Source: a virus | Lineage: Duplodnaviria > Caudoviricetes | IMG/VR virus record: IMGVR_UViG_3300030090_003629 | Coordinates: 1,666 to 65,665 of that record | Direction: 5' to 3' (one strand) | DNA: 64,000 bases | Shown here: positions 55,643 through 64,000 of the stretch, piece after piece | Layout of the letters: the number at the start of each line of letters is the position of its first letter | Position numbering within the stretch: the stretch's first letter is position 1 | The notes under the pieces: model-generated | Told to the model about the DNA's origin: nothing | What the model saw: only the letters and a program-made list of their open reading frames with translations | Databases searched by the model: none | Position numbers and translations under genes: made by a program

Positions 55643-55899
55643 GCAAAATGGAAACAACAACTATATCATTTAATGTTAGCAAAACTGTTAACATAGGTAA
55701 CTTTGAGGCTATTAAAATTAATTACGGTCAAAGTATTACTGTAGATCCTACAAGATCTATTGAAGAGCAAAGAAAAGAGCTTATAAAAGAATGCTACAAA
55801 ACTGTAAAAGAAGAAACAGCATTGTGGACCCTTAAAAGCGTTTCACATGTTGATAGTAAAAAGAATAGAACAACTTATAAAAGCAAAGTAAATGGCTAG
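55639..55899 (+). CDS. hypothetical protein
   Basis: KTVNIGNFEAIKI motif of a kind seen in phage proteins. Confidence 0.6.
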   Translation: MSKMETTTISFNVSKTVNIGNFEAIKINYGQSITVDPTRSIEEQRKELIKECYKTVKEETALWTLKSVSHVDSKKNRTTYKSKVNG

Positions 55900-56041
55900 A
55901 AAACTTATAGATCAAGTAGATGATGCATTTAATTACTTTAACGGATTTAGATTAGAAGAGTTAAAGTCTGACGATGTATACTATATAAATGCGTTAATGA
56001 AATATATAGAAGTTTTGGAATTAAAATTAAAAAACAAATGA
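55892..56041 (+). CDS. 49-aa hypothetical protein (not in ORF track)
   Basis: MARKLIDQVDDAFNYF...LKLKNK*; ATGA overlap with ung. Confidence 0.6.
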   Translation: MARKLIDQVDDAFNYFNGFRLEELKSDDVYYINALMKYIEVLELKLKNK

Positions 56042-56724
56042 AATCAAATCAAATGTATAATATGCTAGGAGACTGGTACAAAATATTAGGTATCATATTT
56101 CAATCAGAAAACTTTACAAAATTAACTGATCAACACAGAAATAACACAACTGAGTATACGGTTTATCCAGAAAAAGGTAGAACATTTAAGGCTTTCAAAA
56201 TGTGTCCTCTAAAATCTTTAAAAGTTGTTATACTTGGACAAGATCCATATCATGATGGTAGCGCAACAGGATTAGCATTTGCAAATAATGGTGGTAGAGT
56301 TAGTCCTAGTTTGCGCAACATAATACAAACAGTTAAAAATGATTTTGGAGATGTATATGTAAATCCAAATCTAGAAAGCTGGGCAAAACAAGGCGTATTA
56401 TTATTAAATACCGCTTTAACTGTAGAGAAAGGTAAGGCTGGATCACACATAGATTTGTGGATGCCATTTACGAGAGATCTTATAACTAGTCTTTCTATAT
56501 ATAAACCAGATCTAATATGGGTCTTATGGGGTAAGAAAGCACAAGACTATGAAAAGCATATTATGTATCCAAATGGACATACTATACTAAGAGCTCCTCA
56601 TCCTGCCGCAGAGGCGTACTCTGGTGGTAAGGCTGGCTTCTTTACATGTGGACATTTTAAGAAAATTAATGAAAAATTAGAAAAGCCTATAGAGTGGGGT
56701 GTAAAACAACAAATAACAATTTAA
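56038..56724 (+). CDS. ung: uracil-DNA glycosylase, family 1
   Basis: KVVILGQDPYH, ATGLAF, WAKQGVLLLNTALTV, LWG, HPAA. Confidence 0.93.
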   Translation: MKSNQMYNMLGDWYKILGIIFQSENFTKLTDQHRNNTTEYTVYPEKGRTFKAFKMCPLKSLKVVILGQDPYHDGSATGLAFANNGGRVSPSLRNIIQTVKNDFGDVYVNPNLESWAKQGVLLLNTALTVEKGKAGSHIDLWMPFTRDLITSLSIYKPDLIWVLWGKKAQDYEKHIMYPNGHTILRAPHPAAEAYSGGKAGFFTCGHFKKINEKLEKPIEWGVKQQITI

Positions 56725-56735
56725 ATTAAATTATA

Positions 56736-56996
56736 ATGAGTGTAAAAAGAAATAAAGCAGATATAGAAAAATACTGGACAGATAAAGTTGCTAAAAATCT
56801 AGTTGGTAGAACAATAACAAAAGTAGAATATATTGGAGATGATGAGATGGAAGATAACATGTGGTATAAAAAACCTATAGCTATACAATTAGATAATAAA
56901 GAATGGTTAGTACCTGTGATGGATGATGAAGGAAATGATGGAGGAGCAATATTTACTTCATTTAAAGAGTTACAAACAATACCAGTAATATTTTGA
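56736..56996 (+). CDS. hypothetical protein
   Basis: LVGRTI..V and DDEGNDGGA motifs. Confidence 0.65.
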   Translation: MSVKRNKADIEKYWTDKVAKNLVGRTITKVEYIGDDEMEDNMWYKKPIAIQLDNKEWLVPVMDDEGNDGGAIFTSFKELQTIPVIF

Positions 56997-57256
56997 AACC
57001 ATATCTTCTTAAAAAAATTATACCAGGCTACAAGCTAAGTCCAAATCACAAGGACAAAAAGCTTGTGGCTCTGCCGTATAAATACAATGGTACAAAAATA
57101 CTTGTTGAACATAGTGACAAGAAAATGATTATAGATCAAGACACTCCACTACTTGGAGAACAAACATTTGCTGATAAATTTGGTAGAGATAAAACATATA
57201 CTCTTTACTATTATCAATGGCAACCTAGTAAAAATCAAATAAAATTAGAACTATGA
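56993..57256 (+). CDS. hypothetical protein
   Basis: TTG start overlapping the upstream TGA; FADKFGR..YTLYYY. Confidence 0.55.
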   Translation: MKPYLLKKIIPGYKLSPNHKDKKLVALPYKYNGTKILVEHSDKKMIIDQDTPLLGEQTFADKFGRDKTYTLYYYQWQPSKNQIKLEL

Positions 57257-57510
57257 CAGCATTAGATGTAGAAAAATACATATGCAAAACATATGGAAAA
57301 GAAGCATTAAAACACGATCCTCATGCATTAGCAGAGGCTATAAATCAAACACAACAGGATATGGATTATTCTGATGAGTGGGATTTATTTCACTTGTTAA
57401 TTGAAAATAAACCAATACCATCTTTGCATACACATAGTTATGGATTTCATACAAGAAATGGTAGAGGTATAATAGAAAGAATTAAAAGTTATTATTATGA
57501 AAACATATGA
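57253..57510 (+). CDS. hypothetical protein
   Basis: Coupled ORF. Confidence 0.55.
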   Translation: MTALDVEKYICKTYGKEALKHDPHALAEAINQTQQDMDYSDEWDLFHLLIENKPIPSLHTHSYGFHTRNGRGIIERIKSYYYENI

Positions 57511-57703
57511 AGTAGCAATTAGCAGAACCTACACAAGTCGTATAACATTAAAATTTCCAGATGATGGTAGAAATCATATGGATATTATTGATGAAAAAAT
57601 ATCAGCAGGAGATCAAGATATATGGGATCTAATAGCTGAAAAAGAATTAGAACAAATGGAGGTAAGTGATGAAAATTGGGAAATTAGTGAATTAAAAAAA
57701 TAA
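57497..57703 (+). CDS. hypothetical acidic protein
   Basis: Coupled ORF. Confidence 0.55.
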   Translation: MKTYEVAISRTYTSRITLKFPDDGRNHMDIIDEKISAGDQDIWDLIAEKELEQMEVSDENWEISELKK

Positions 57704-57715
57704 ATAAATAAAATT

Positions 57716-58234
57716 ATGGGACAATATTTCAAACCAGTATCGGTAGACAAAATGCAATCATTATACTCACATGACTATGGTAATTTATCAAAGTTAATGG
57801 AGCATAGCTATATAGGCAATGATTTTGTAAAAGTAGCAGAATATCTTTTATCTCCAAAAGGTCAATGGCACATGCACAGCTTTGTATGGGCAGGAGACTA
57901 TGCAGATAATGAAATAGATAAAGATAATAATTTGTTTATGTTAACAGAAGATAAAGAGTTAAAAATCAAAAATATACCACAAGAAAATATTGGTAATTTT
58001 ATAGTAAATCATACACAAGAACAATATGTAGACAAATCTATTTGTCCTACAGACGAAGAAGGATGGTGCGTACACCCTCTTCCCTTATTGACTGCAGATG
58101 GTAATGGTAGAGGAGGCGGAGACTATCGTTTGCACAATGCCTGGGTAGGATCATGGGCAAAAGATGTTATATCAGTAGAAAAAGAAGCTCCTAAAGATTA
58201 TACAGAAATAGTACCTAACTTTAAAATGGATTAA
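57716..58234 (+). CDS. conserved phage hypothetical protein
   Basis: MGQYFKPV, KLMEHSY, WAGDYAD, HPLPLLT..GNGRGGGDY, GSWA. Confidence 0.7.
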   Translation: MGQYFKPVSVDKMQSLYSHDYGNLSKLMEHSYIGNDFVKVAEYLLSPKGQWHMHSFVWAGDYADNEIDKDNNLFMLTEDKELKIKNIPQENIGNFIVNHTQEQYVDKSICPTDEEGWCVHPLPLLTADGNGRGGGDYRLHNAWVGSWAKDVISVEKEAPKDYTEIVPNFKMD

Positions 58235-58236
58235 TT

Positions 58237-59118
58237 ATGAACACAGAACAAATTTTAAAACAATACAATTTAGATTGGAACGTAGTTAAAAAACCATTAT
58301 TTTATGATGGACAAGTAGGCAATACATTTGGTGTAATGAATGTAGAACAAAAATCAACACCATATTATGCATTGGTAAGAGAAGATACTGGAGAGGTATT
58401 TAACTCAGTATCAAAAGCTTACGAGCCTACACAAAATTATACTATCATAAATACTTTGCAAGAAATTGCAGGACAAAATGATTTAGTTATAGTAAAAGCT
58501 ATGGCTATAAATGGTGGTAGAAAAATTATTGTGCAAATGAGAAAACCAGAGGGTCATAAAATATCTATAGGAGACGAACAAACAGAACAATATGTATATG
58601 CTGTAAATGGTCATGATGGTTCTTCATCGTTAAAATTTGGATTTATAAATAAAGTCATATCTTGTCAAAATCAATTTGCATGGTTATCTGGCAACTCCTT
58701 TTCTGGTTATAGACATACAAAATCTATACAAGATAAAGTCAAAGATTTGCCAAAAATAATTAACTTTACAGATCAAGAAGATAAAATTATAGATCTACAA
58801 TATATGAGCAAAACTACCGCAAGTGCTAGTTTAATCAATGATTTAGTAGATTATCTTGCTAAAACAGATAAAGAGTTACCAATATCTTCTAGAAAAGCAA
58901 ATATAGTTAGAGATTTGTCTGCTTGTATTTATACAGAAACAAATAGAATATCTAATACTTTATGGGGTGTGTTAAACGGTGTTACATTATATACAACACA
59001 TTATAAATCTACACCTAATAGAGATTTTGGTAAAGAAGAATCTATATATACAGGATCATCTTCTAAAATGAATAATAAAGCTTTTGATTATCTTAAAAGT
59101 TATGTTATAAATAATTAA
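58237..59118 (+). CDS. DUF932/DUF945-family protein
   Basis: LDWNV.K.PL, Y.P.QN, NGHDGSSS, CQNQF, RHT, TLWGVLNGVT.Y..H. Confidence 0.85.
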   Translation: MNTEQILKQYNLDWNVVKKPLFYDGQVGNTFGVMNVEQKSTPYYALVREDTGEVFNSVSKAYEPTQNYTIINTLQEIAGQNDLVIVKAMAINGGRKIIVQMRKPEGHKISIGDEQTEQYVYAVNGHDGSSSLKFGFINKVISCQNQFAWLSGNSFSGYRHTKSIQDKVKDLPKIINFTDQEDKIIDLQYMSKTTASASLINDLVDYLAKTDKELPISSRKANIVRDLSACIYTETNRISNTLWGVLNGVTLYTTHYKSTPNRDFGKEESIYTGSSSKMNNKAFDYLKSYVINN

Positions 59119-59125
59119 AACAAAT

Positions 59126-59198
59126 AAAGATGGGGGTAGGTGCGTGTGGCCATGGAATGATAACTAACGCGTAGCGGTTATTACTACCCCCTTCTTTT
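59126..59198 (+). ncRNA. stem-closed structured element / terminator
   Basis: GGGGGTAG/CTACCCCC stem enclosing ATAAC..CGC-GTA-GCG-GTTAT. Confidence 0.5.
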
Positions 59199-59225
59199 AC
59201 TATTATTAATAAAAAAAATAAATAT

Positions 59226-59414
59226 ATGAAATTAATAGTGTTAGATTTTTTTAAAGACATTACTTATTTGTATACTCTTGACGAAAGAATAGATGATACA
59301 GATGTAGATGCTAAATTGGTAGAGATGGGACACAACCCTAAAAATTGTCAATGGATGCTAACTAAAAATGAAATTATAATTAAAGAAAATTGGAAAAAAC
59401 CTATACAATCATGA
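59226..59414 (+). CDS. hypothetical protein
   Basis: 62-aa ORF after the early motif. Confidence 0.6.
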   Translation: MKLIVLDFFKDITYLYTLDERIDDTDVDAKLVEMGHNPKNCQWMLTKNEIIIKENWKKPIQS

Positions 59415-59626
59415 ATTATGATAAATGGAAGCTTAGTAACCCAGTAGATGATGGTTATGGGTACAACATGGTAAGTAATTGCTGTGGAAAAAGAGTAGAC
59501 GAATCAGAATGTATATGTACATATTGTGGTGAAGGGTGTGAAGCTATAGAAGATTACGAATATGAAGCCATACAAAAAGAAAATTATTTAGAAGATAGAG
59601 CAGACGAAGAAAGATATAGTAAATAA
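59411..59626 (+). CDS. small Zn-finger protein
   Basis: ATG 59411 (MNYDKWKL); SNCCG..CTYCGEGC. Confidence 0.6.
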   Translation: MNYDKWKLSNPVDDGYGYNMVSNCCGKRVDESECICTYCGEGCEAIEDYEYEAIQKENYLEDRADEERYSK

Positions 59627-59629
59627 TTA

Positions 59630-59637
59630 TATATTTG
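59630..59637 (+). promoter_or_regulatory. Bacteroidetes-type -7 promoter element upstream of dnaB (similar sites at 52543, 53362, 61100, 62714, 63841)
   Basis: TATATTTG, intergenic. Confidence 0.6.
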
Positions 59638-59656
59638 TTAGTTAAAACAAAAAATT

Positions 59657-60940
59657 ATGGAATTACACGAAATTGAAGAATGTCTATTAGGTAAAATTAT
59701 AGTAGAACCTAAACTATTAGACAAATATGCAATATTACTACACAAAAATTTATTTTATGATGATTTTAACAAATCAGTTTATCATGCTATAGATGATTTG
59801 CATAGTAAAAATAGAACGATAGATATTCTTACAGTTTCTAAGCTAGTTAAAGGAGAAAATGTTGCTTATCATCTATCAAAAATGACTGATAGGGCTTTTA
59901 ATGTAATAGAAACATTTACATGTATAGGTATATTATCAGAAGAATATCAAAAAAGAACTTTAGTTACTGCTGTACATGATGTAAGTAATAAACTTTCTAA
60001 TCATGAAGAACTAGAGCTTATTGTAAATGATTTAAATACAGCTATAAACAAAGTACAAATAGGTACACCTGAAAAGCTAAGTGATCTAAAAACACAAGTA
60101 ACACATTTCTTAAAAGATGTAGAAACAAGAATGAACACAGAAGGTTTGTTAGGTATAGCATCTGGATTTAAAGATATAGACAGATTTACAGGTGGCTGGC
60201 AAGAAACAGACTTAATTATTGTAGGTGGTGCATCATCTATGGGTAAAACTAGCTTTGCTTTAGCGCTAGCATACAATGCGGCTAAATATACCAATACAGC
60301 TTCTGTTATATTTTCTTACGAAATGTCTGCTTTACAATTATTAAGAAGAATAGCTTCTATGGAATCTGGTATAAGTAATAGATATATAACTAATGGTACT
60401 TTGAACATGGACGAACTAAAAAAATTACATAGTTCTGTAACAGAAATACAAAATTTACCATTATTTATAGATGAAGCTAGTATTACATCTTTAGCTTATT
60501 TAACACATAGAATAAAAGAATATGCTAAAAATAAAAATGCTAAACTTGTAATGATAGATTATTTACAGCTAGTTAGCTCTAAAAACAAATCTGGTAGCAG
60601 AGAACAAGAAGTTAGTAAAGTGGCTAGAACCTTAAAAAATCTAGCTAAAGAATTAAACATAACTATTATTGCCCTAAGCCAACTAAATAGAGGCGTAGGT
60701 ATGCGTAATAATAGTAAACCAACATTATCTGATTTAAGAGAATCAGGCGAAATAGAACAAGCTGCAGATGTAGTTATGCTTATATATCGTCCTGAATATT
60801 ATGGTATAGAATACAACGACAATGGTAATGAAAGTAAAGGTACAGCTAACATTATATTTGCTAAAGGCAGAAATATAGGTGTTGGCGAAGTTACCTTAAA
60901 ATTTATAAGTGAAATAACTAAATTTATTGATTATGATTAA
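59657..60940 (+). CDS. dnaB: replicative DNA helicase DnaB
   Basis: GGASSMGKT, FSYEMS, IDYLQL, LSQLNR, DLRESGEIEQAADVV. Confidence 0.95.
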   Translation: MELHEIEECLLGKIIVEPKLLDKYAILLHKNLFYDDFNKSVYHAIDDLHSKNRTIDILTVSKLVKGENVAYHLSKMTDRAFNVIETFTCIGILSEEYQKRTLVTAVHDVSNKLSNHEELELIVNDLNTAINKVQIGTPEKLSDLKTQVTHFLKDVETRMNTEGLLGIASGFKDIDRFTGGWQETDLIIVGGASSMGKTSFALALAYNAAKYTNTASVIFSYEMSALQLLRRIASMESGISNRYITNGTLNMDELKKLHSSVTEIQNLPLFIDEASITSLAYLTHRIKEYAKNKNAKLVMIDYLQLVSSKNKSGSREQEVSKVARTLKNLAKELNITIIALSQLNRGVGMRNNSKPTLSDLRESGEIEQAADVVMLIYRPEYYGIEYNDNGNESKGTANIIFAKGRNIGVGEVTLKFISEITKFIDYD

Positions 60941-61094
60941 AATAAGTAAAATAGGTAAGTACCCTATAATATCACTAATAATACTAGCGTCTATTATTTT
61001 TATACTAGGCCCTGTATTATTTTCTGTTATATTGGCTGGTATTATTGTATTGCCAATATATTTAGCTGTTCAATTATTGGGAGATAAAGATTAA
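60933..61094 (+). CDS. 53-aa membrane protein (not in ORF track)
   Basis: MIKISKIGKYPIISLIILASIIFILGPVLFSVILAGIIVLPIYLAVQLLGDKD*. Confidence 0.6.
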   Translation: MIKISKIGKYPIISLIILASIIFILGPVLFSVILAGIIVLPIYLAVQLLGDKD

Positions 61095-61113
61095 TTTTAT
61101 ATCTTTGTCTTAC

Positions 61114-61353
61114 ATGGAACAAAAGAAAATAGAAAAATCTAAACTTAAATCTATTGTTGCAGAAATTGCACACGATTTAGGAATTGACAAAAAACTTGTA
61201 AGACAAGTATTACTTCTAACATTTAAAGAAATAGCTATAACATTATTACTAAAAGGTAAGCCTGTAATGATTAGAAGATTTGCAAAATTTGTAGTTGCAG
61301 CAGCATCTATAAGAAAAATTAGAAAAACAAAACAAAAAGAAAAACAAAAATGA
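61114..61353 (+). CDS. HU/IHF-like DNA-binding protein (short arm)
   Basis: IVAEIAHDLGI.KK.V..V...I...LL.GKPVMIRRFAKF. Confidence 0.65.
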   Translation: MEQKKIEKSKLKSIVAEIAHDLGIDKKLVRQVLLLTFKEIAITLLLKGKPVMIRRFAKFVVAAASIRKIRKTKQKEKQK

Positions 61354-61832
61354 ATTTAAACGATCTAAAAAAAGAAATACCATACAAGTGGCGTGTACAG
61401 TCCACTAAGTTTGGAAAAACTACCTGTGTAGCGTATATTGACGCTAGAGACTGCATGGACATATTAGATGAAGTGTGTGGTCCAGAAAACTGGCAAAGTA
61501 TATTTTACGAAGCAAGCGGATTATTGTTTTGTAAAGTAGGTATATATTGTCCAGAAACTGGGGCTGAAGAATATGGTAAATGGGTATGGAAATCAGACAC
61601 AGGATCAGAATCTAATGTAGAAAAAGATAAAGGTCACGTATCAGATGCATTTAAACGTGCATGTGTAGAGTGGGGTATAGGTAGATTTTTGTATAGATTA
61701 CCAATACAAACTTTAACTACAAAACAATGGAAGGGTAAAGACTATCCATATGCACCTGAAAAAGATAAAATTATATTTGATGGAGATACACTAACAAAGT
61801 ATATTAACTGGAAAATTAAAAACAATAAATAA
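61350..61832 (+). CDS. Sak/Rad52-family single-strand annealing protein
   Basis: WRVQ, AYIDAR..LDEVCGPENW, KG..SDAFKRA...WGIGRFLY. Confidence 0.88.
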   Translation: MNLNDLKKEIPYKWRVQSTKFGKTTCVAYIDARDCMDILDEVCGPENWQSIFYEASGLLFCKVGIYCPETGAEEYGKWVWKSDTGSESNVEKDKGHVSDAFKRACVEWGIGRFLYRLPIQTLTTKQWKGKDYPYAPEKDKIIFDGDTLTKYINWKIKNNK

Positions 61833-62068
61833 TGGCAAATGATCCTATAAACGAAAAGTATGCTTCTGCATTACCTAAAAACAGTATAAACACACCTATA
61901 GTAAAAACTGTAGAAGAATTGACTGTAGAATTAAAAATTGCTAATACTGATAAACATAGGTTGCAAGCATATAATGAGTCCTTAAAACACCATATTATGG
62001 ACTTACAAGAGCAAATAAATAATATAAAACAAATATTAAATAGAAAGAAAGATGATACTACCATTTAA
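61832..62068 (+). CDS. coiled-coil hypothetical protein
   Basis: Heptad pattern; coupled ORF. Confidence 0.55.
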   Translation: MANDPINEKYASALPKNSINTPIVKTVEELTVELKIANTDKHRLQAYNESLKHHIMDLQEQINNIKQILNRKKDDTTI

Positions 62069-62627
62069 TTTAAACACTACAACACAAACTAAAGCAAAAG
62101 GAGAAAAGTTTGAATACATACAGCCTGGATCACATGAATGTGAAATTACAGGTATAAGCACATCAGAACAATTAGAAGACTATAAAGGCTCACCATTTAT
62201 AGATTTTAAAGTAAAAAGTAATCAAAGAATTGGTAAATGTAGATTTTGGGCGGTAAAAGAATCTGACAAACCATCTACAAAAGAATGGAAAACGAAAACT
62301 TTAAAAGACTTTTTAATAAATGCAGGAGTTAGAGATTTTAGCGATGATAGCAATGCTATGAATGACGCTATTGGTAAATCTTTAATGATAGCATTTATAT
62401 CTGAAGAGTATATAGGTGTTAATAGAGAAACACAAGAGCCTGTAATTAGAACAGCTATAAAATATAGATGGTCTGCTAAAAAAGGAGGTAAGTGTACATA
62501 CAACCAAAACATGAATCAAACATTATCTGATGTAGATATGGCTGATTTTAGTACACGACACAGTGAATGGAGTAAAGCAAATTCTGCGGTTAATAATACA
62601 GAAGAAGATGAAGATATGCCATTCTAA
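62052..62627 (+). CDS. putative phage ssDNA-binding protein (DUF669-like)
   Basis: YIQPGSHECEITGI start, EEDEDMPF tail, near Sak. Confidence 0.65.
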   Translation: MILPFNLNTTTQTKAKGEKFEYIQPGSHECEITGISTSEQLEDYKGSPFIDFKVKSNQRIGKCRFWAVKESDKPSTKEWKTKTLKDFLINAGVRDFSDDSNAMNDAIGKSLMIAFISEEYIGVNRETQEPVIRTAIKYRWSAKKGGKCTYNQNMNQTLSDVDMADFSTRHSEWSKANSAVNNTEEDEDMPF

Positions 62628-62646
62628 ATAATAAGAGATAACAAAT

Positions 62647-62706
62647 CCCTAGGGTAAATGTAAGTGCGACAAGTCGTGGTAATTACCCAAGGGTGCAACT
62701 CTTACA
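62647..62706 (+). ncRNA. candidate pseudoknotted RNA element
   Basis: CCCTAGGGTAA/TTACCCAAGGG stem; loop TGTAAG complementary to downstream CTTACA. Confidence 0.45.
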
Positions 62707-62725
62707 ATTTTACTATATTTGCAAT

Positions 62726-63091
62726 ATGGACGAAATTTTTATAGCAGGAAATGTCCCATCTAGCAAAAATGGTAAAAGATGGACAGGTAAGTATTTAATA
62801 CATTCAAAAACAGTAATGAACTATATAAAAAATACAAAACAAGATTGGCTAGACAATAAAGATAAATTTTTACAATTATTAGAAAATAAACAAGCCCCAT
62901 ATAAAATTAAATTTACATTTGTTAGAAATAGTAGAAGAAAATTTGATTATATAAATCCTTGTCAAACTGTTCAAGATCTTATGGTTAAATATGATTATAT
63001 ACAAGACGATAATTGTGATTATATTTTACCTTGTTTTGGTAAATATAAACATGATAAAAATAATTCTGGAGTTATAATAGAAGTACTATGA
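62726..63091 (+). CDS. RusA-like Holliday junction resolvase
   Basis: GNVPSSKN, RRKFDYIN...QDLM...IQDDN. Confidence 0.75.
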   Translation: MDEIFIAGNVPSSKNGKRWTGKYLIHSKTVMNYIKNTKQDWLDNKDKFLQLLENKQAPYKIKFTFVRNSRRKFDYINPCQTVQDLMVKYDYIQDDNCDYILPCFGKYKHDKNNSGVIIEVL

Positions 63092-63528
63092 TAAGAGATA
63101 AATATATAAATAATTTTATATTAGATTACTGTAATTTAGTAAACACTACTAAAGAAGCAATTTGTTCTAAATGCAGAAAAAGAGATACTGTAGAAAAACG
63201 TATGGTAATAGCACATTTTTTAAGAAAAAAAATTAAAATGTCTTATCAACATATAGGTAATATATTAAATAAACATCATGCAACAATAATACATTATAAA
63301 GGATTAACAAGTGATATGCTAGAAATATATCCACATATTAAAACTTTATATAATTTAGCTAATCAAGCTTACGAGATGAATAAAGAAACTTTATATATAT
63401 CTTATGGAGAGCCTAGTGTATTACAGAAAAAAGAAAGAGAGCTAATAGATATTCTCTTAGATAAAAACAAACAACTACAAGATAAAATAATTAATTTAGA
63501 AAAAGAATTAGATGGCAACAAAAACTAA
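63088..63528 (+). CDS. DnaA C-terminal-like HTH DNA-binding protein
   Basis: RKRDTVEKR......LR....SYQHIG..LNKHHATIIH. Confidence 0.75.
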   Translation: MIRDKYINNFILDYCNLVNTTKEAICSKCRKRDTVEKRMVIAHFLRKKIKMSYQHIGNILNKHHATIIHYKGLTSDMLEIYPHIKTLYNLANQAYEMNKETLYISYGEPSVLQKKERELIDILLDKNKQLQDKIINLEKELDGNKN

Positions 63529-63835
63529 AAAAGAAAAAATTAAAATAATGGGTAAAGAGTATAAGGTAGACTCTATTGTAAATGAAACCTTAAAAAATAT
63601 GTCTAGCGCATTACATTCACATGAAGTAGCTTTGCTAAGCTGGGTTCATAAAGACTATAAAGGTGCAGACACAAAACAAGAAAAAGAATTATTTAGAAAA
63701 AGTTTACATGATTATTGTATGCAAATACCTGACGCAGTAAACATACTTGTAAGAATGCAAGAATTAGACGAACAAACCGAAAAAGAAAAAGAAAATCAAA
63801 ACAAAGAAGAGAAAGATAAGGGAGCAAAAGAATAA
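63512..63835 (+). CDS. hypothetical protein
   Basis: 107-aa ORF overlapping the upstream gene. Confidence 0.6.
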   Translation: MATKTKKEKIKIMGKEYKVDSIVNETLKNMSSALHSHEVALLSWVHKDYKGADTKQEKELFRKSLHDYCMQIPDAVNILVRMQELDEQTEKEKENQNKEEKDKGAKE

Positions 63836-63885
63836 TTTACTACTTTTGTAGAACTTTTCTCGTCCATAGTTTATATGGTTTTTTG

Positions 63886-63936
63886 TTTTGTGTGTGTTAG
63901 AGCCTTCCTTCGGGAGGGCTTTAATACAAATACAAA
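63886..63936 (+). other. long UUCG hairpin in a 5' leader
   Basis: TGTGTTAGAGCCTTCC-TTCG-GGAGGGCTTTAATACA with several G-U pairs, between the promoter at 63841 and the ATG at 63945. Confidence 0.65.
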
Positions 63937-63944
63937 CAATAAAT

Positions 63945-64000
63945 ATGCAATTAATAGAAAATCACAACTTAACTCACGACACATACTATACTGATAATGA
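63945..64000 (+). CDS. 5' fragment of the next gene (runs off window end)
   Basis: ATG at 63945, MQLIENHNLTHDTYYTDN... Confidence 0.5.
   Translation, partial: MQLIENHNLTHDTYYTDN

Noticed and set aside
1-64000. Stop-codon reassignment (TAG or TGA), known in some Crassvirales
   Set aside because: Genes up to 11.8 kb are intact in the standard code, coding density is high, and TAG/TGA end genes at sensible operon junctions

Overview
This window is a 64-kb, very AT-rich segment of a crAss-like (Crassvirales-type) podophage. The host is most likely a Bacteroidetes/Flavobacteria species, and the phage is probably marine. Bases 1-51.2 kb form one minus-strand late/virion block: small basic proteins, terminase, portal, scaffold, major capsid, ring/tail proteins, a 2399-aa tail stabilization (muzzle) protein, three ejection proteins, a 3947-aa virion RNA polymerase, accessory genes, a holin, a DUF5675-type endolysin and a fibre. 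Bases 51.3-64 kb form a plus-strand early/replication block with Ung, DUF932, DnaB, HU, Sak/Rad52, SSB-like, RusA-like and DnaA-CTD-like genes. Host TAnnTTTG promoters and the absence of Shine-Dalgarno sites support the host assignment. Four observations stand out. (1) A compact envelope cassette (4052-8398) encodes a beta-barrel-like OMP, a Cys micropeptide, a membrane protein, a Cys-less exported thioredoxin fold and an 836-aa Cys-repeat protein with an apparent T9SS C-terminal sorting domain. (2) Arrays of stem-closed, ORF-free structured elements (candidate ncRNAs, several with a GTRATA loop) lie in the early region. (3) A conserved 13-mer, TTTACTATTHTTA, sits about 40 nt upstream of early genes and is a candidate virion-RNAP promoter. 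(4) An ejected lysozyme protein carries TonB-box-like repeats. All family calls come from motif recognition by eye; no database search or folding program was run.
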